Assembly: GCA_023260935.1 (NCBI GenBank)
Contig: JALQTL010000326.1
Span: forward strand, 1 to 37,318
Length of the DNA: 37,318 nucleotides
Direction of reading: 5' to 3'
From: Paracoccaceae bacterium
Lineage (GTDB): Bacteria > Pseudomonadota > Alphaproteobacteria > Rhodobacterales > Rhodobacteraceae
The position numbers were made by a program, and so were the translations under genes. The notes under the pieces were generated by a model. That model was not told the DNA's origin. It made no database searches and saw only the letters and a list, made by a program, of their open reading frames with translations. Of the stretch, positions 27,796 to 37,073 are shown piece after piece (position 1 is the first letter of the stretch; each line of letters starts with the position of its first letter).

Positions 27796-29367
27796 TCAGG
27801 GCAGGCGGTAAAGCCGCACCAGTTTGCCTTCCAGAAAGCCCTCGCCCACTTTGGGAAAACCGGGGTCTGTTGGCTGGGTGCTGATGATCAGCCCGCCCGG
27901 ATGTGCCTGCGCCCATGCGTCAAGTCCACCGGGCGCAATTTCATCGACCGGGGCCAAAAGGCGGGCGGTAAAGCCAAACTCGCCTTGGTATCGAAAGCCG
28001 TCCACCGCCACACCGGCGTGCGGTGCGCGCGTCAGTTCCGTGGCAAAGCGGGTGGTATCGAAATGCTCGTCCAGCGGCTTCATCAGGGCCACATGCATCA
28101 CCAGCAGGGAAACCGGGGTTACCAGTGCCCAGCCGAGCAGGGGCGCGCGCCGCCCGGCCACCGCCAACAGCGCAAGGCCGGCAATGCCCAGCGCCAGTGA
28201 AAGCGCAAGCCCCGGCATGCCCATCGTGGTGACGGGATAGCCTCCCAGCCTGGCCCGCCCGGTGGCCAGCAGCACGGCCCAGACCAGCACCGGAACGATG
28301 ACCATTGCCGCCGCCAGCGGGGCACCCCTGCCGGGACGGGGGGCCGGGGCCGCGGCCAGAGCGATGGCAACGGCGGGCAGGGCGGGCAGCAGGTAATGCA
28401 GTTGCTTGGCCGAGATCATGGAGAATAGTGCCAGCGTCGACAGCCCCCAGATCGCCAGAATACGGGCCCGGCGGTCTTGCCAAAGCCCGGGCGAGCCAAG
28501 CCCCCGCAGCGCCGATACCCGCCAGGCCCAGGGCCACAGCATCAGCGGCAGTGCCGCAACGAAGAACCAGACCGGGCGCGCATGGTCAAAGGCATTCACC
28601 ATCCGCCCGGCACTTTGCCGCCACAGCACCTCGGCCCGGTACTCGGCCCCGCCCAACAGAAGTGCGGGGCCCAGCCAAAGCGACAAAAGCCCAAGCGCGA
28701 TGCCAATCCCCGCCAGAAGGGACAGATACCACCGGCCCCGGTCTTCGGTGGCGCGGGTCCACAGCGGCCGGGTGAGCGCAAGCGGCAACAGGTGAACAAG
28801 GATCACCGGCCCCTTTGCCAGCACCCCGAAGGCCAGCGTCAGCCCCAAAAGTCCCACGGCCCGCCACCCGCCGCCATCATCCATCCACAGCAGCGCCAGC
28901 ACCCCCAGCAGCGTGGCCGAGGTCAACATGGTATCAAACATCGTCAGCGAGCCATAAAGCGCGAAGACCCCTGTTGTGGCCAGCACCAGCGCCGCCCGTG
29001 CGCCCAACCCTTCCCGTTCGGGAAACAGGCGGTTGCCCAGCCGCCACGTCAGCGCAACGGAAAGCGCCCCGAAGGCGGGCGCCACCCAGCGGGCCGCTGC
29101 TTCGCTAACCCCGGTCACGGCCCAGACCAGATTGATCAGCCAGAACAGAAGCGGGGGTTTGTGGCCATAGATCGCCCCGTTCAGATGCGGCACCAGATAG
29201 GTGCCATCGCGGTGCATTTCCCAGGCGACGGTCAGATACCGTGTTTCATCCACCGGCAGCAGCGGCCGCATCAGGGGCAGCAGGACGGCCCCGGCAACCG
29301 CCAGCGCCAGTGCAAGAAGGCCAATCCGGCGGCCGGCAGTCCGGGCACCAATGTCAGGATGTGTCAT
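27796..29367 (-). CDS. ArnT-family glycosyltransferase (4-amino-4-deoxy-L-arabinose transferase-like)
   Basis: 'PVDETRYLTVAWEM', 'VPHLNG..Y.HKPPLLFWLI', 'MFD', 'AKGPV', 'HARPVWFF', 'KQLHYLLP'. Confidence 0.9.
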   Translation of the reverse strand: MTHPDIGARTAGRRIGLLALALAVAGAVLLPLMRPLLPVDETRYLTVAWEMHRDGTYLVPHLNGAIYGHKPPLLFWLINLVWAVTGVSEAAARWVAPAFGALSVALTWRLGNRLFPEREGLGARAALVLATTGVFALYGSLTMFDTMLTSATLLGVLALLWMDDGGGWRAVGLLGLTLAFGVLAKGPVILVHLLPLALTRPLWTRATEDRGRWYLSLLAGIGIALGLLSLWLGPALLLGGAEYRAEVLWRQSAGRMVNAFDHARPVWFFVAALPLMLWPWAWRVSALRGLGSPGLWQDRRARILAIWGLSTLALFSMISAKQLHYLLPALPAVAIALAAAPAPRPGRGAPLAAAMVIVPVLVWAVLLATGRARLGGYPVTTMGMPGLALSLALGIAGLALLAVAGRRAPLLGWALVTPVSLLVMHVALMKPLDEHFDTTRFATELTRAPHAGVAVDGFRYQGEFGFTARLLAPVDEIAPGGLDAWAQAHPGGLIISTQPTDPGFPKVGEGFLEGKLVRLYRLP

Positions 29368-29401
29368 CGGATAAGTCCATGGACGTGAAAACAGGGCCCG
29401 C

Positions 29402-29417
29402 CGGGCCGCAAGGCCCG
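29402..29417. other. Intergenic GC hairpin CGGGCC-GCAA-GGCCCG
   Basis: Perfect 6-bp stem between the LAB_N and ArnT genes. Confidence 0.4.
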
Positions 29418-29448
29418 AGGACAGGTCATGGCAACAAGGACGAAAACG

Positions 29449-29748
29449 TTACCCCTTGCGGTTGGCGTGGATCAGCCACAGGTTCCGGGAATAGATCAGC
29501 ACGCCCAGCAACTGGCCCAGGATGAACACCGGGTCCGTTCGATAGATCGCATAGGCCAGCAGCATCAGCCCGCCCACCAGCGAGAAATACCAGAAGGCCA
29601 CCGGAACGACCGACGATCTGGCCCGTTCCGAAGCGATCCATTGTACTAGAAACCGCGCTGTGAACATCAGCTGCGCGCCAAGGCCGAAGATGACCCAGGC
29701 CAGTTCGGTTGTGTTTTCGACATGCAGCATCTGCATCAGCCAGATCAA
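29449..29748 (-). CDS. Lipid A biosynthesis N-terminal domain (LAB_N) membrane protein
   Basis: 'GLGAQLMFTARFLVQWIASERARSSVVPVAFWYFSLVGG..LLAYAIYRTDPVFILGQ'. TTG start overlaps the GT2 stop (TTGA), with GAGGGGG RBS. Confidence 0.88.
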   Translation of the reverse strand: MIWLMQMLHVENTTELAWVIFGLGAQLMFTARFLVQWIASERARSSVVPVAFWYFSLVGGLMLLAYAIYRTDPVFILGQLLGVLIYSRNLWLIHANRKG

Positions 29749-30497
29749 GATGCGTCCCCCTCTGATGGTTTGCGGTCGGGCGCAACCTCGGTGGGCCGGC
29801 TGACCTTTCGCCGCCGAAGCAGCCATGCAACGCCCATCAGATCGAAGATGCCGACGATCCCGCGTTGAAGGTTCGAATAATGCGACCGCCCGCCGATCCG
29901 GGGGCGGTGGGACACATCGACATGGGCGATCTTCCATCCGTCGCGCGCGAAAAGCGCGGGCAGATAGCGGTGCATGTGGTTGAAATAGGGTAGGGCCAGA
30001 AAATCCTTCCGCCGAAAGGATTTCAGCCCGCAGCCCGTATCCCTTGTGCCATCCTTCAGCACCTGGCCCCGGATCCGGTTGGCGAAGGTCGAGGCAAGAC
30101 GGCGCGCCAGAACATCCTTGCGCGCCATCCGTTGCCCAGCAACAAGCCCAAGGCCGGATGCCCCGGGCCCGGCCCATGGCGCTAGAAGATTCCGCAATTC
30201 GGCCGGCGGATTTTGTCCGTCACCATCCAGCGTGCAGATGATATCGAAACGTGCCGCCGTCACCCCGCTGTGGATGGCCGCCGATTGCCCGCCCACCCGG
30301 TCATGGCGCAAGACCCGCAGCTTTGGCAGCCGGTTTCGCGCATCGGCCAGAAGGGCGGCCATTCCATCGTCCGAGCAATCGTCCACGACGATGATTTCGA
30401 AATCATCAAGGTCGGCAAGCGTTTCAAGGATTTCGTCGATCAGGGGCAGTATGTTGTCGGCTTCATTCCGGCATGGCACTACGATGGAGGTCTTCAC
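29745..30497 (-). CDS. GT2 polyprenyl-phosphate glycosyltransferase (RgtE/DPM1-like)
   Basis: GTG start; 'SIVVPCRNEADN', 'VDDCSDD', 'GQSAAI', 'TLDGDGQNPP', 'DTGCGLK', 'HMHRYLPAL'. Confidence 0.9.
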   Translation of the reverse strand: MKTSIVVPCRNEADNILPLIDEILETLADLDDFEIIVVDDCSDDGMAALLADARNRLPKLRVLRHDRVGGQSAAIHSGVTAARFDIICTLDGDGQNPPAELRNLLAPWAGPGASGLGLVAGQRMARKDVLARRLASTFANRIRGQVLKDGTRDTGCGLKSFRRKDFLALPYFNHMHRYLPALFARDGWKIAHVDVSHRPRIGGRSHYSNLQRGIVGIFDLMGVAWLLRRRKVSRPTEVAPDRKPSEGDAS

Positions 30498-30838
30498 TGG
30501 ATTCTTCGCTCTGCTCCTGCCGTTGCATCCAGCAGGTTTCTGGTTTGTGGTCCTTGCGGACAGGTGCCTTGGGCCTTCGTCCGGGTGGGCAACTGCCCGG
30601 CCCCGCCTCGTGGCCCAGATGTTGAAAGCCCTTTCCGGGGCCACTGGTTCATGCTTGTCTCTCGTGCATCATGCGGGCCCTTTATGACGCCAGCCTGACA
30701 GCAAGCTTACAGCCGATGCGGGCTTCGCACCATGCCAAAGGGCCTGTGCCGTTTTTGTCAGGTTGTGCCGCATCCGTTGTCGCCGCATCCTGTGCCGCAG
30801 CGCCCCCCATGCGGCGCGCCGGAAGCCGAGGTTGCACC

Positions 30839-32050
30839 ATGGTCTCAACCGCCCGCCATCAGATACCTGCAAGCATCTGGGTTCTGGGATTTGTCAGCCT
30901 TCTGATGGATGTCTCGTCCGAGATGGTGCACAGCCTGCTGCCGCTGTTTCTGGCCACCAGCCTTGGTGCCAGCGCGGCGATGATCGGCCTGATCGAAGGG
31001 CTGGCCGAAGCAACGGCCCTGATCGTCAAGGTCTTTTCCGGGGTGCTGAGCGATTGGTTCGGCCGGCGCAAGGAACTGGCGCTGCTGGGCTATGGGCTGG
31101 GGGCAGCAACGAAGCCGCTGTTCGCGCTGGCGCCCGGGGTGGGTATCGTGCTGGCCGCCCGCCTGATTGACCGGGTGGGGAAGGGCATCCGCGGGGCGCC
31201 GCGTGATGCGCTGGTGGCCGATCTGGCCCCGCCAGAGGTGCGGGGTGCGGCCTTTGGTCTGCGGCAATCGCTGGACACGGTGGGTGCTTTTGCCGGGCCG
31301 CTGCTGGCGGTGGGGCTGATGCTGCTCTGGGCCGATGACTTTCAGGCGGTCTTCTGGGTGGCGGTGATCCCCGGGGTTCTGGCTGTTGCCCTGCTGGCCT
31401 TTGGGGTGCGCGAACCGGCAAGGCCTGCCGGCACGCCCCGGCAGAACCCCATTCGCCGCGCCAGCCTTGCCCGCCTGTCACCGGCCTATTGGCAGGTGGT
31501 TGTCATCGGCGCCGTCTTCACGCTTGCCCGTTTTTCCGAGGCGTTTCTGGTGCTGCGTGCCCAGCAAGGCGGCATTCCGCTTGCCATGGTGCCTTTGGTG
31601 ATGGTGGCGATGAATCTGGTCTATGCCCTGTCGGCCTATCCGCTTGGCAGCCTGTCGGATCGGGTCAGCCACAAATCCATGCTGATGGGCGGGCTGGGGC
31701 TGCTGATCGTGGCCGATCTGATCCTTGCGTCCAGTGCCCATTGGGCAGTGGTCCTGGCCGGTGTCGCCGTCTGGGGCGTGCATATGGGAATGACTCAGGG
31801 CCTTCTGGCGGTGATGGTGGCCGATACCGCCCCAGCCGATCTGCGGGGCACCGCCTATGGCATGTTCAACCTGATCAGCGGCCTGGCACTGCTTTGTGCC
31901 AGCCTTGTTGCGGGGCTGATGTGGGACGGGTTCGGTGCCCCCGCCACCTTCCTGACCGGGGCAGGCCTATGCCTGCTGGCGCTGCTGCTGGTGCTGGTCA
32001 TGTTGCGCGGGAAATGCCTTGCCACCCACCGCGCCCCGCCCATTCCATGA
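30839..32050 (+). CDS. MFS transporter
   Basis: 'LGFVSLLMDVSSEMVHSLLP', motif A 'GVLSDWFGRRK', 'DRVGKGIRGAPRDAL'. Confidence 0.92.
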   Translation: MVSTARHQIPASIWVLGFVSLLMDVSSEMVHSLLPLFLATSLGASAAMIGLIEGLAEATALIVKVFSGVLSDWFGRRKELALLGYGLGAATKPLFALAPGVGIVLAARLIDRVGKGIRGAPRDALVADLAPPEVRGAAFGLRQSLDTVGAFAGPLLAVGLMLLWADDFQAVFWVAVIPGVLAVALLAFGVREPARPAGTPRQNPIRRASLARLSPAYWQVVVIGAVFTLARFSEAFLVLRAQQGGIPLAMVPLVMVAMNLVYALSAYPLGSLSDRVSHKSMLMGGLGLLIVADLILASSAHWAVVLAGVAVWGVHMGMTQGLLAVMVADTAPADLRGTAYGMFNLISGLALLCASLVAGLMWDGFGAPATFLTGAGLCLLALLLVLVMLRGKCLATHRAPPIP

Positions 32051-32074
32051 AGGCAAGGGGAAGAACAGGCCCCG

Positions 32075-32353
32075 TTGCCCGAAAAGATGCATGGCGCGGT
32101 CCTGACCGGCCATGGCGGCCCGCTGGATACCGTGCTGGCACAGGACTTGAGCTGACTGTAGCTCAAGAATCTCGGCCTTATTGGCGGCACGGCCCTGGAA
32201 CCGCAGGTCTTCGCCCCCCTTGTCTGCCGGACTGAAGAAATGGAAATCCGTCCTTTGGTCGCCCAGACCCATGATCTGCGCGACATTGTCGCCTTCCTGC
32301 GGGGTTTTTTGCAAAAGCACCATGTCGGAAAGATCGTGCTGCGGGTCGGCTGA
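32075..32353 (+). pseudogene. Collapsed zinc-binding alcohol dehydrogenase/quinone oxidoreductase (MDR) gene
   Basis: N-terminus LPEKMHGAVLTGHGGP joins directly to C-terminal motifs 'DLS*L*LKNLGLIGGT'. After a frameshift: 'EIRPLVAQTHDLRDIV....FLQKHHVGKIVLRVG*'. Confidence 0.75.
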
Positions 32354-32437
32354 CCGCTACAGCCGCTGCCACGCCCCTGCCCGCAAAACCGGTTGCCCTG
32401 CCCGGCGCTGACCCCGGGGCTGTCATTAAACCTTCAT

Positions 32438-32472
32438 TGGACGACCCCATTTATTTCCTGTAATCGGGAAAT
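32438..32472 (+). promoter_or_regulatory. ars promoter (TGGACG-N17-TAATCG) overlapped by the ATTTCC-N8-GGAAAT operator
   Basis: -35 at 32438-32443, -10 at 32461-32466. The inverted repeat at 32453-32472 abuts the ATG. No clear SD sequence. Confidence 0.6.
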
Positions 32473-33312
32473 ATGGAACAGAATCGCGCCACTCATGCCT
32501 TTGCCACGCTTGGCCACCCCGGTCGGCTGGCGGTCTTTCGCCTTCTGATGCGCTTTGCCCCGCAGGGCGTGCGCCCGACAGAAATTGCCACCGCCCTTGG
32601 CCTGAAACAGAACACGCTCTCGCACCATCTGGCAGACCTCACCGCCTCGGGCCTTGTGAGCGTCACGCGCGTCGGCCGGTCGCTCTACTATGCCGTCGAT
32701 CTGGAGATGTCCGAGGCGCTGATCGGTTACCTCGCCCTGGATGTGGGCCGCGCGCGGCCTGATCTTCTGGCTTCCTTGCGTTCCACCACAAAGGACACCG
32801 CCATGCATGAACCCGGTTTCGCCGTGCTCTTCATCTGCTCGGGCAACTCTGCCCGCTCCATCTTTGCCGAGGCACTTCTGCGCGATCTGGGCGGCGGCAA
32901 GTTCCAGTCCTTTTCGGCAGGCACGCGCCCGGGCAGCGCGCTGAACCCCTTTGCGCTGGAAATCCTGAAGCGCAATGGCCACGATATCAGCGGCTTGCGG
33001 TCAAAGCATGTCTCGGAATTCCAGAAGCCCGGCAGCGTGGTGATGGATTTCGTCTTCACCGTCTGCGATACGGCCGCTGCCGAGGAATGCCCGCCCTGGC
33101 CCGGCCAGCCGATCACCGGCCATTGGGGCTTGCCCGACCCGGTAAAGGCCAGCGGGACCGATGCTGAAAAAGCGCTGCTCTTCGCCCAGACCTATGCCGC
33201 GCTGCGGCGGCGGATCACCGCCTTTGTCGAGCTTCCGTTCGAAAGCCTCAGCCGCATGTCCCTGCAAGCCCGCGTCGATGCCATCGGCACTGACCTTTCC
33301 GCAAAGGCCTGA
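32473..33312 (+). CDS. ArsR-family HTH regulator fused to an LMWP-type arsenate reductase (ArsC) domain
   Basis: 'FATLGHPGRLAVFRLL...NTLSHHL..L...GLV', then P-loop 'FICSGNSARS', 'DFVFTVCD', 'EECPPWPG', 'HWGLPDP'. Confidence 0.92.
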   Translation: MEQNRATHAFATLGHPGRLAVFRLLMRFAPQGVRPTEIATALGLKQNTLSHHLADLTASGLVSVTRVGRSLYYAVDLEMSEALIGYLALDVGRARPDLLASLRSTTKDTAMHEPGFAVLFICSGNSARSIFAEALLRDLGGGKFQSFSAGTRPGSALNPFALEILKRNGHDISGLRSKHVSEFQKPGSVVMDFVFTVCDTAAAEECPPWPGQPITGHWGLPDPVKASGTDAEKALLFAQTYAALRRRITAFVELPFESLSRMSLQARVDAIGTDLSAKA

Positions 33313-33318
33313 TCCCCG

Positions 33319-34350
33319 ATGATATCCGCCACTCCTCTGCCCGCGGCACCCCGTATCGCCCTGAACGGCCTTGGCCGGATCGGCAAGCTTGTTCTGCGTA
33401 ACCTGATCGACAGCGACGCGGGGGGCAAGATCGTGCTTCTCAACGATGCGACCGGTGATGCCGAACAGCACGCCCTGCTGATGGAATTCGATTCTGTCCA
33501 TGGGCGCTGGCCCACGACCGTGGCAGCGGCCGACGGCGCGCTGGTGCTGAACGGCCAGACCATCCGCCTTTGCCATGAGAAGGCCATCGAAGCCCTGCCC
33601 CTTGCGGAACTGGGCGTCGATCTGGTGATCGACTGCACCGGCGCCTTCAAGTCTGCCGCCAAGGTCGCGCCCTATTACGCGGCAGGCGTGAAAAAGGTCA
33701 TCGTCAGCGCCCCGGTCAAGGATGGCGGCGCGTTGAATCTTGTCTATGGTGTCAACCACCAACTTTATGACGGTTCGCAAACCCTGATCACGGCTGCCTC
33801 CTGCACCACCAATTGCCTTGCGCCGGTGGTCAAGGTGATCCACGAGGCGCTTGGCATCCGGCACGGGTCGATCACCACGATCCATGACGTGACCAACACC
33901 CAGACCATCGTGGACCGCCCGGCCAAGGACCTGCGCCGCGCCCGGTCGGCCCTGATGAACCTGATCCCGACGACCACGGGGTCAGCCTCGGCGATCACAT
34001 TGATCTATCCGGAACTCGAAGGCCGCCTGAACGGCCATGCGGTGCGTGTGCCGCTTCTGAATGCCTCGCTCACGGATTGCGTCTTCGAAGTCGCGCGATC
34101 GACGACGGCCGCAGAGGTGAACGCCCTTTTCAAGGCGGCTTCCGAAGGGCCGCTGAAGGGCATCCTTGGGTATGAAACCCGCCCACTCGTCTCTTCCGAC
34201 TTCACCAATGATCCGCGCTCCGCAATCATCGATGGACCTTCCACGATGGTTATCAACGGCACGCAGGTGAAGATTTACGCCTGGTACGATAATGAGTGGG
34301 GCTATGCCAACCGCGCCGTTGAATTGGTCGCTAAGGTTGGCGCATGCTAA
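33319..34350 (+). CDS. ArsJ-associated glyceraldehyde-3-phosphate dehydrogenase
   Basis: 'NGLGRIG', '[10 protein letters not shown]', '[14 protein letters not shown]', '[11 protein letters not shown]'. Lies between arsRC and arsJ. The last ~10-15 codons appear to come from the lower-GC segment. Confidence 0.94.
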   Translation: MISATPLPAAPRIALNGLGRIGKLVLRNLIDSDAGGKIVLLNDATGDAEQHALLMEFDSVHGRWPTTVAAADGALVLNGQTIRLCHEKAIEALPLAELGVDLVIDCTGAFKSAAKVAPYYAAGVKKVIVSAPVKDGGALNLVYGVNHQLYDGSQTLITAASCTTNCLAPVVKVIHEALGIRHGSITTIHDVTNTQTIVDRPAKDLRRARSALMNLIPTTTGSASAITLIYPELEGRLNGHAVRVPLLNASLTDCVFEVARSTTAAEVNALFKAASEGPLKGILGYETRPLVSSDFTNDPRSAIIDGPSTMVINGTQVKIYAWYDNEWGYANRAVELVAKVGAC

Positions 34351-35540
34351 GTCAGTTGTCACCCGCGGTGCGCCAGTATCTGCTGGTGACTGGTAATTAT
34401 TGGGCCTTTACCCTGACCGATGGCGCACTGCGTATGCTGGTGGTGCTGTATTTTCATCAGCTTGGCTATAGTGCGCTGGAAGTGGCACTGCTGTTCGTAT
34501 TTTACGAATTTTTCGGGGTGGTGACTAATCTGTTTGGTGGTTGGCTTGGTGCGCGTTGGGGCTTGAACCGCACTATGAATATTGGTTTGGGATTACAAAT
34601 TACAGCTTTAGCGCTGTTATTGGTGCCCACCGAGTGGCTTACCGTGGTATGGGTCATGGCTGCCCAGGCGCTCTCAGGTATTGCTAAAGACCTCAATAAA
34701 ATGAGTGCCAAAAGCACCATCAAGTTGCTGGTACCCGACCATCAACAAGGGCAACTGTATCGCTGGGTCGCTATTCTTACTGGGTCGAAGAATACCCTGA
34801 AGGGCATAGGGTTCTTTTTAGGCGGCCTGTTGCTGACCTTAATAGGCTTTCAGGGCGCAGTGCTGGCGCTGGCATCGATGTTAAGCATGGTGTGGCTTGG
34901 TAGTTTAGTTTTTCTTAAGCGAGATGCCGGTAAGGCAACCTTTAAACCGAAGTTTCGCGACGTGTTATCGAAAAGTCGGGCAATTAATATTTTGTCGGCG
35001 GCGCGATTATTCTTGTTTGGCGCGCGTGACGTATGGTTTGTGGTGGCACTACCGGTGTTCTTGGCAGCGCAATTGGGCTGGGATCACTGGCAGGTCGGTA
35101 GCTTTCTGGCATTGTGGGTGATTGGTTACGGTGGCGTACAAGCAATCGCACCACGTTTCACTCAAGCGAACCAGGTAACCCGTTATGGCGCCTTGCTAAC
35201 ATTAGCACCGCTAGGGCTCGCTGCGGCGCTGTGGTACGGTAGTTTAGCGGTATCCGCGAGTATTATAGTTGGGCTGGGGCTATTTGGCGTGTTATTCGCT
35301 ATCAATTCATCACTGCATAGCTATTTAATCGTTGCTCACTCCCGCGCTGATGGTGTATCCCTCGATGTTGGTTTTTACTACATGGCCAATGCCGCGGGCC
35401 GCTTGCTTGGTACTGTGTTGTCTGGCTACGTATACCAGCAGGCTGGACTAGTGGCTTGTTTGCTGATTTCGGCGGGGTTGCTGTTAGCATCTACGGTAAT
35501 CGTTGCGCAATTACCAAGCCGACGACAGCATAACCAATAG
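34344..35540 (+). CDS. arsJ: Organoarsenical efflux MFS transporter ArsJ
   Basis: '[22 protein letters not shown]', '[14 protein letters not shown]', '[10 protein letters not shown]', 'GARDVWFVV', '[10 protein letters not shown]'. Confidence 0.95.
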   Translation: MLSQLSPAVRQYLLVTGNYWAFTLTDGALRMLVVLYFHQLGYSALEVALLFVFYEFFGVVTNLFGGWLGARWGLNRTMNIGLGLQITALALLLVPTEWLTVVWVMAAQALSGIAKDLNKMSAKSTIKLLVPDHQQGQLYRWVAILTGSKNTLKGIGFFLGGLLLTLIGFQGAVLALASMLSMVWLGSLVFLKRDAGKATFKPKFRDVLSKSRAINILSAARLFLFGARDVWFVVALPVFLAAQLGWDHWQVGSFLALWVIGYGGVQAIAPRFTQANQVTRYGALLTLAPLGLAAALWYGSLAVSASIIVGLGLFGVLFAINSSLHSYLIVAHSRADGVSLDVGFYYMANAAGRLLGTVLSGYVYQQAGLVACLLISAGLLLASTVIVAQLPSRRQHNQ

Positions 35541-35551
35541 ACTAACCCGAG

Positions 35552-36373
35552 CTATTTGCCGATACAGAAGCTGCCAAAAATTTTACTGAGAAGGTCATCC
35601 GAGGTGAATTCACCGGTGATTTCATTGAGGTGTTGCTGGGTTAGGCGAAGCTCTTCGGCCAGCAGCTCGCCGGCAAGATGTTGTTCTAGCTGGTCACGGC
35701 CAAGTAGTAAGTGTTCGCGGGCGCGGTCTAAGGCGTCAAGATGGCGGCGCCGGGCCATGAAACTGCCTTCGTTAGTGGCTTGGTAGCCGACACAATGTTT
35801 TAAGTGCTCGCGCAGAAGATCAATGCCATGACCGGTTTTAGCTGATAAATGGATAACTGGAATACCGGCAATATGATCAAGTGCCACGGGCTCGGCACTC
35901 AAGTCGACTTTATTTCTGATCACTGTATACGGCAGATCATCAGGTAGCTCGGCGAAAAACTCAGGCCAAATGTCAGCCGGATGTACCGCATTAGTTTCGT
36001 TGGCATCTACCATAAACAACACCCGATCCGCGCTACGAATCTCTTGCCAAGCACGTTGGATACCAATTTGCTCTACTTCGTCCGGGCTATCACGTAAACC
36101 GGCGGTATCGATGATATGCAGCGGCATACCGTCGATTTGGATATGCTCGCGCAAAACGTCGCGGGTGGTCCCTGCAATGGCAGTGACAATAGCTGATTCG
36201 CGCCCGGCCAAAGCGTTGAGTAGGCTCGATTTACCAGCATTTGGCCGACCAGCAATAACCACTTTCATGCCCTCTCGCAGCAACGAGCCTTGCTTTGCTT
36301 GCACACTCACTTCATGCAATTGGTCAATGATGCTGTCGAGATCGCCGGATACTTTGCCATCGCTGAGAAAATC
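35552..36373 (-). pseudogene. mnmE: tRNA modification GTPase MnmE, 5'-truncated (gammaproteobacterial type)
   Basis: Homology begins at 'DFLSDGKV'. G1 'GRPNAGKSS', 'GTTRD', 'DTAG', 'NKVD', C-terminal 'FCIGK'. About 180 N-terminal residues are absent. May be an assembly truncation rather than a true pseudogene. Confidence 0.9.
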
Positions 36374-36669
36374 ACCCGAAGGGATTGCCCCGGTGCTTTG
36401 TCCCACTCGATCAGCCCCTTGTCACGCAACATCAGGGCGGTTGACCTGACTCCCGGACGAGTCGCACCGAGGATCTCAGCGAGTTGGTTGGTGTCAATGT
36501 GGGGATTCCAAGCCACGGCAAGAATCATGTTCAGCTGCCGGATGGTCGTGATTCCAGCTCGGGATAGCGCGACGTTTTGATTGAGCGCCCTTTCGGCCTC
36601 GGTCTTGATTTGATCGAAGGCCTCGAGGTCGCGCTTGGCTTGTTCGGCAATTTGCTTGTAATGGATCAC
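36307..36669 (-). CDS. Phage-like winged-HTH protein (C-terminus interrupted at the mnmE junction)
   Basis: '[30 protein letters not shown]'. GTGA overlap with the upstream gene. Residues beyond ~36370 are read from an alternate frame of mnmE. Confidence 0.6.
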   Translation of the reverse strand: MIHYKQIAEQAKRDLEAFDQIKTEAERALNQNVALSRAGITTIRQLNMILAVAWNPHIDTNQLAEILGATRPGVRSTALMLRDKGLIEWDKAPGQSLRVIFSAMAKYPAISTASLTNCMK

Positions 36670-37073
36670 GCGTCACCCCCTTTCGTGCATGGGTTGCCGT
36701 CCTCGAAACGGTCGAAAGGGCGGTCGGACCAGCGGGCGTCTTTTAGGTCTGAAACCGTAAATGGTGACATTCCGGAGCACACTACCCTCCCTCTCAACAA
36801 TCCCTTTGGGTAAATGCTAGTGACTAGAGCGCAACATTCCCAGTGCGGTCTCCAGAGCCAGCAAACTGGCGGGAAGTCGCTCGGCCTTGACCAGTATTCC
36901 GGCTCCGGCTCAAACGGCGGCATGGTCGGCCAGGGTGCCCATGGCTCGCCCGGTTTGAGGTGATCACAATGTCTGCTTTTCCACCCCGTACTGTCGTCAT
37001 GTGGTACCCGAATCCAAGCGCCATTGCCTAACTCCTCCTGAGTAGGCAGTCTGTCTGTGATCCATTCGCTCAT
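36666..37073 (-). CDS. Phage-like hypothetical protein ('MSEWITDRLP' N-terminus)
   Basis: GGAGGAG RBS, 4-bp start/stop overlaps at both ends, Trp/Pro-rich, typical of phage early-region small genes. Confidence 0.7.
   Translation of the reverse strand: MSEWITDRLPTQEELGNGAWIRVPHDDSTGWKSRHCDHLKPGEPWAPWPTMPPFEPEPEYWSRPSDFPPVCWLWRPHWECCALVTSIYPKGLLRGRVVCSGMSPFTVSDLKDARWSDRPFDRFEDGNPCTKGGDA

Noticed and set aside
29449-30177. 242-aa version of the LAB_N gene and 299-aa version of the GT2 gene
   Set aside because: The N-terminal extensions overlap real genes or non-coding DNA. RBS-supported starts are at 29748 and 30497.
171-34362. Many long antisense or alternate-frame ORFs (e.g. 809..1975, 8732..10072, 16856..18046, 12990..14042)
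   Set aside because: Shadow ORFs expected in high-GC DNA opposite well-supported genes; no motifs.
35552-36406. A short stand-alone MnmE variant starting at 36406
   Set aside because: The first 11 residues come from the phage-like segment, so this is a truncation.
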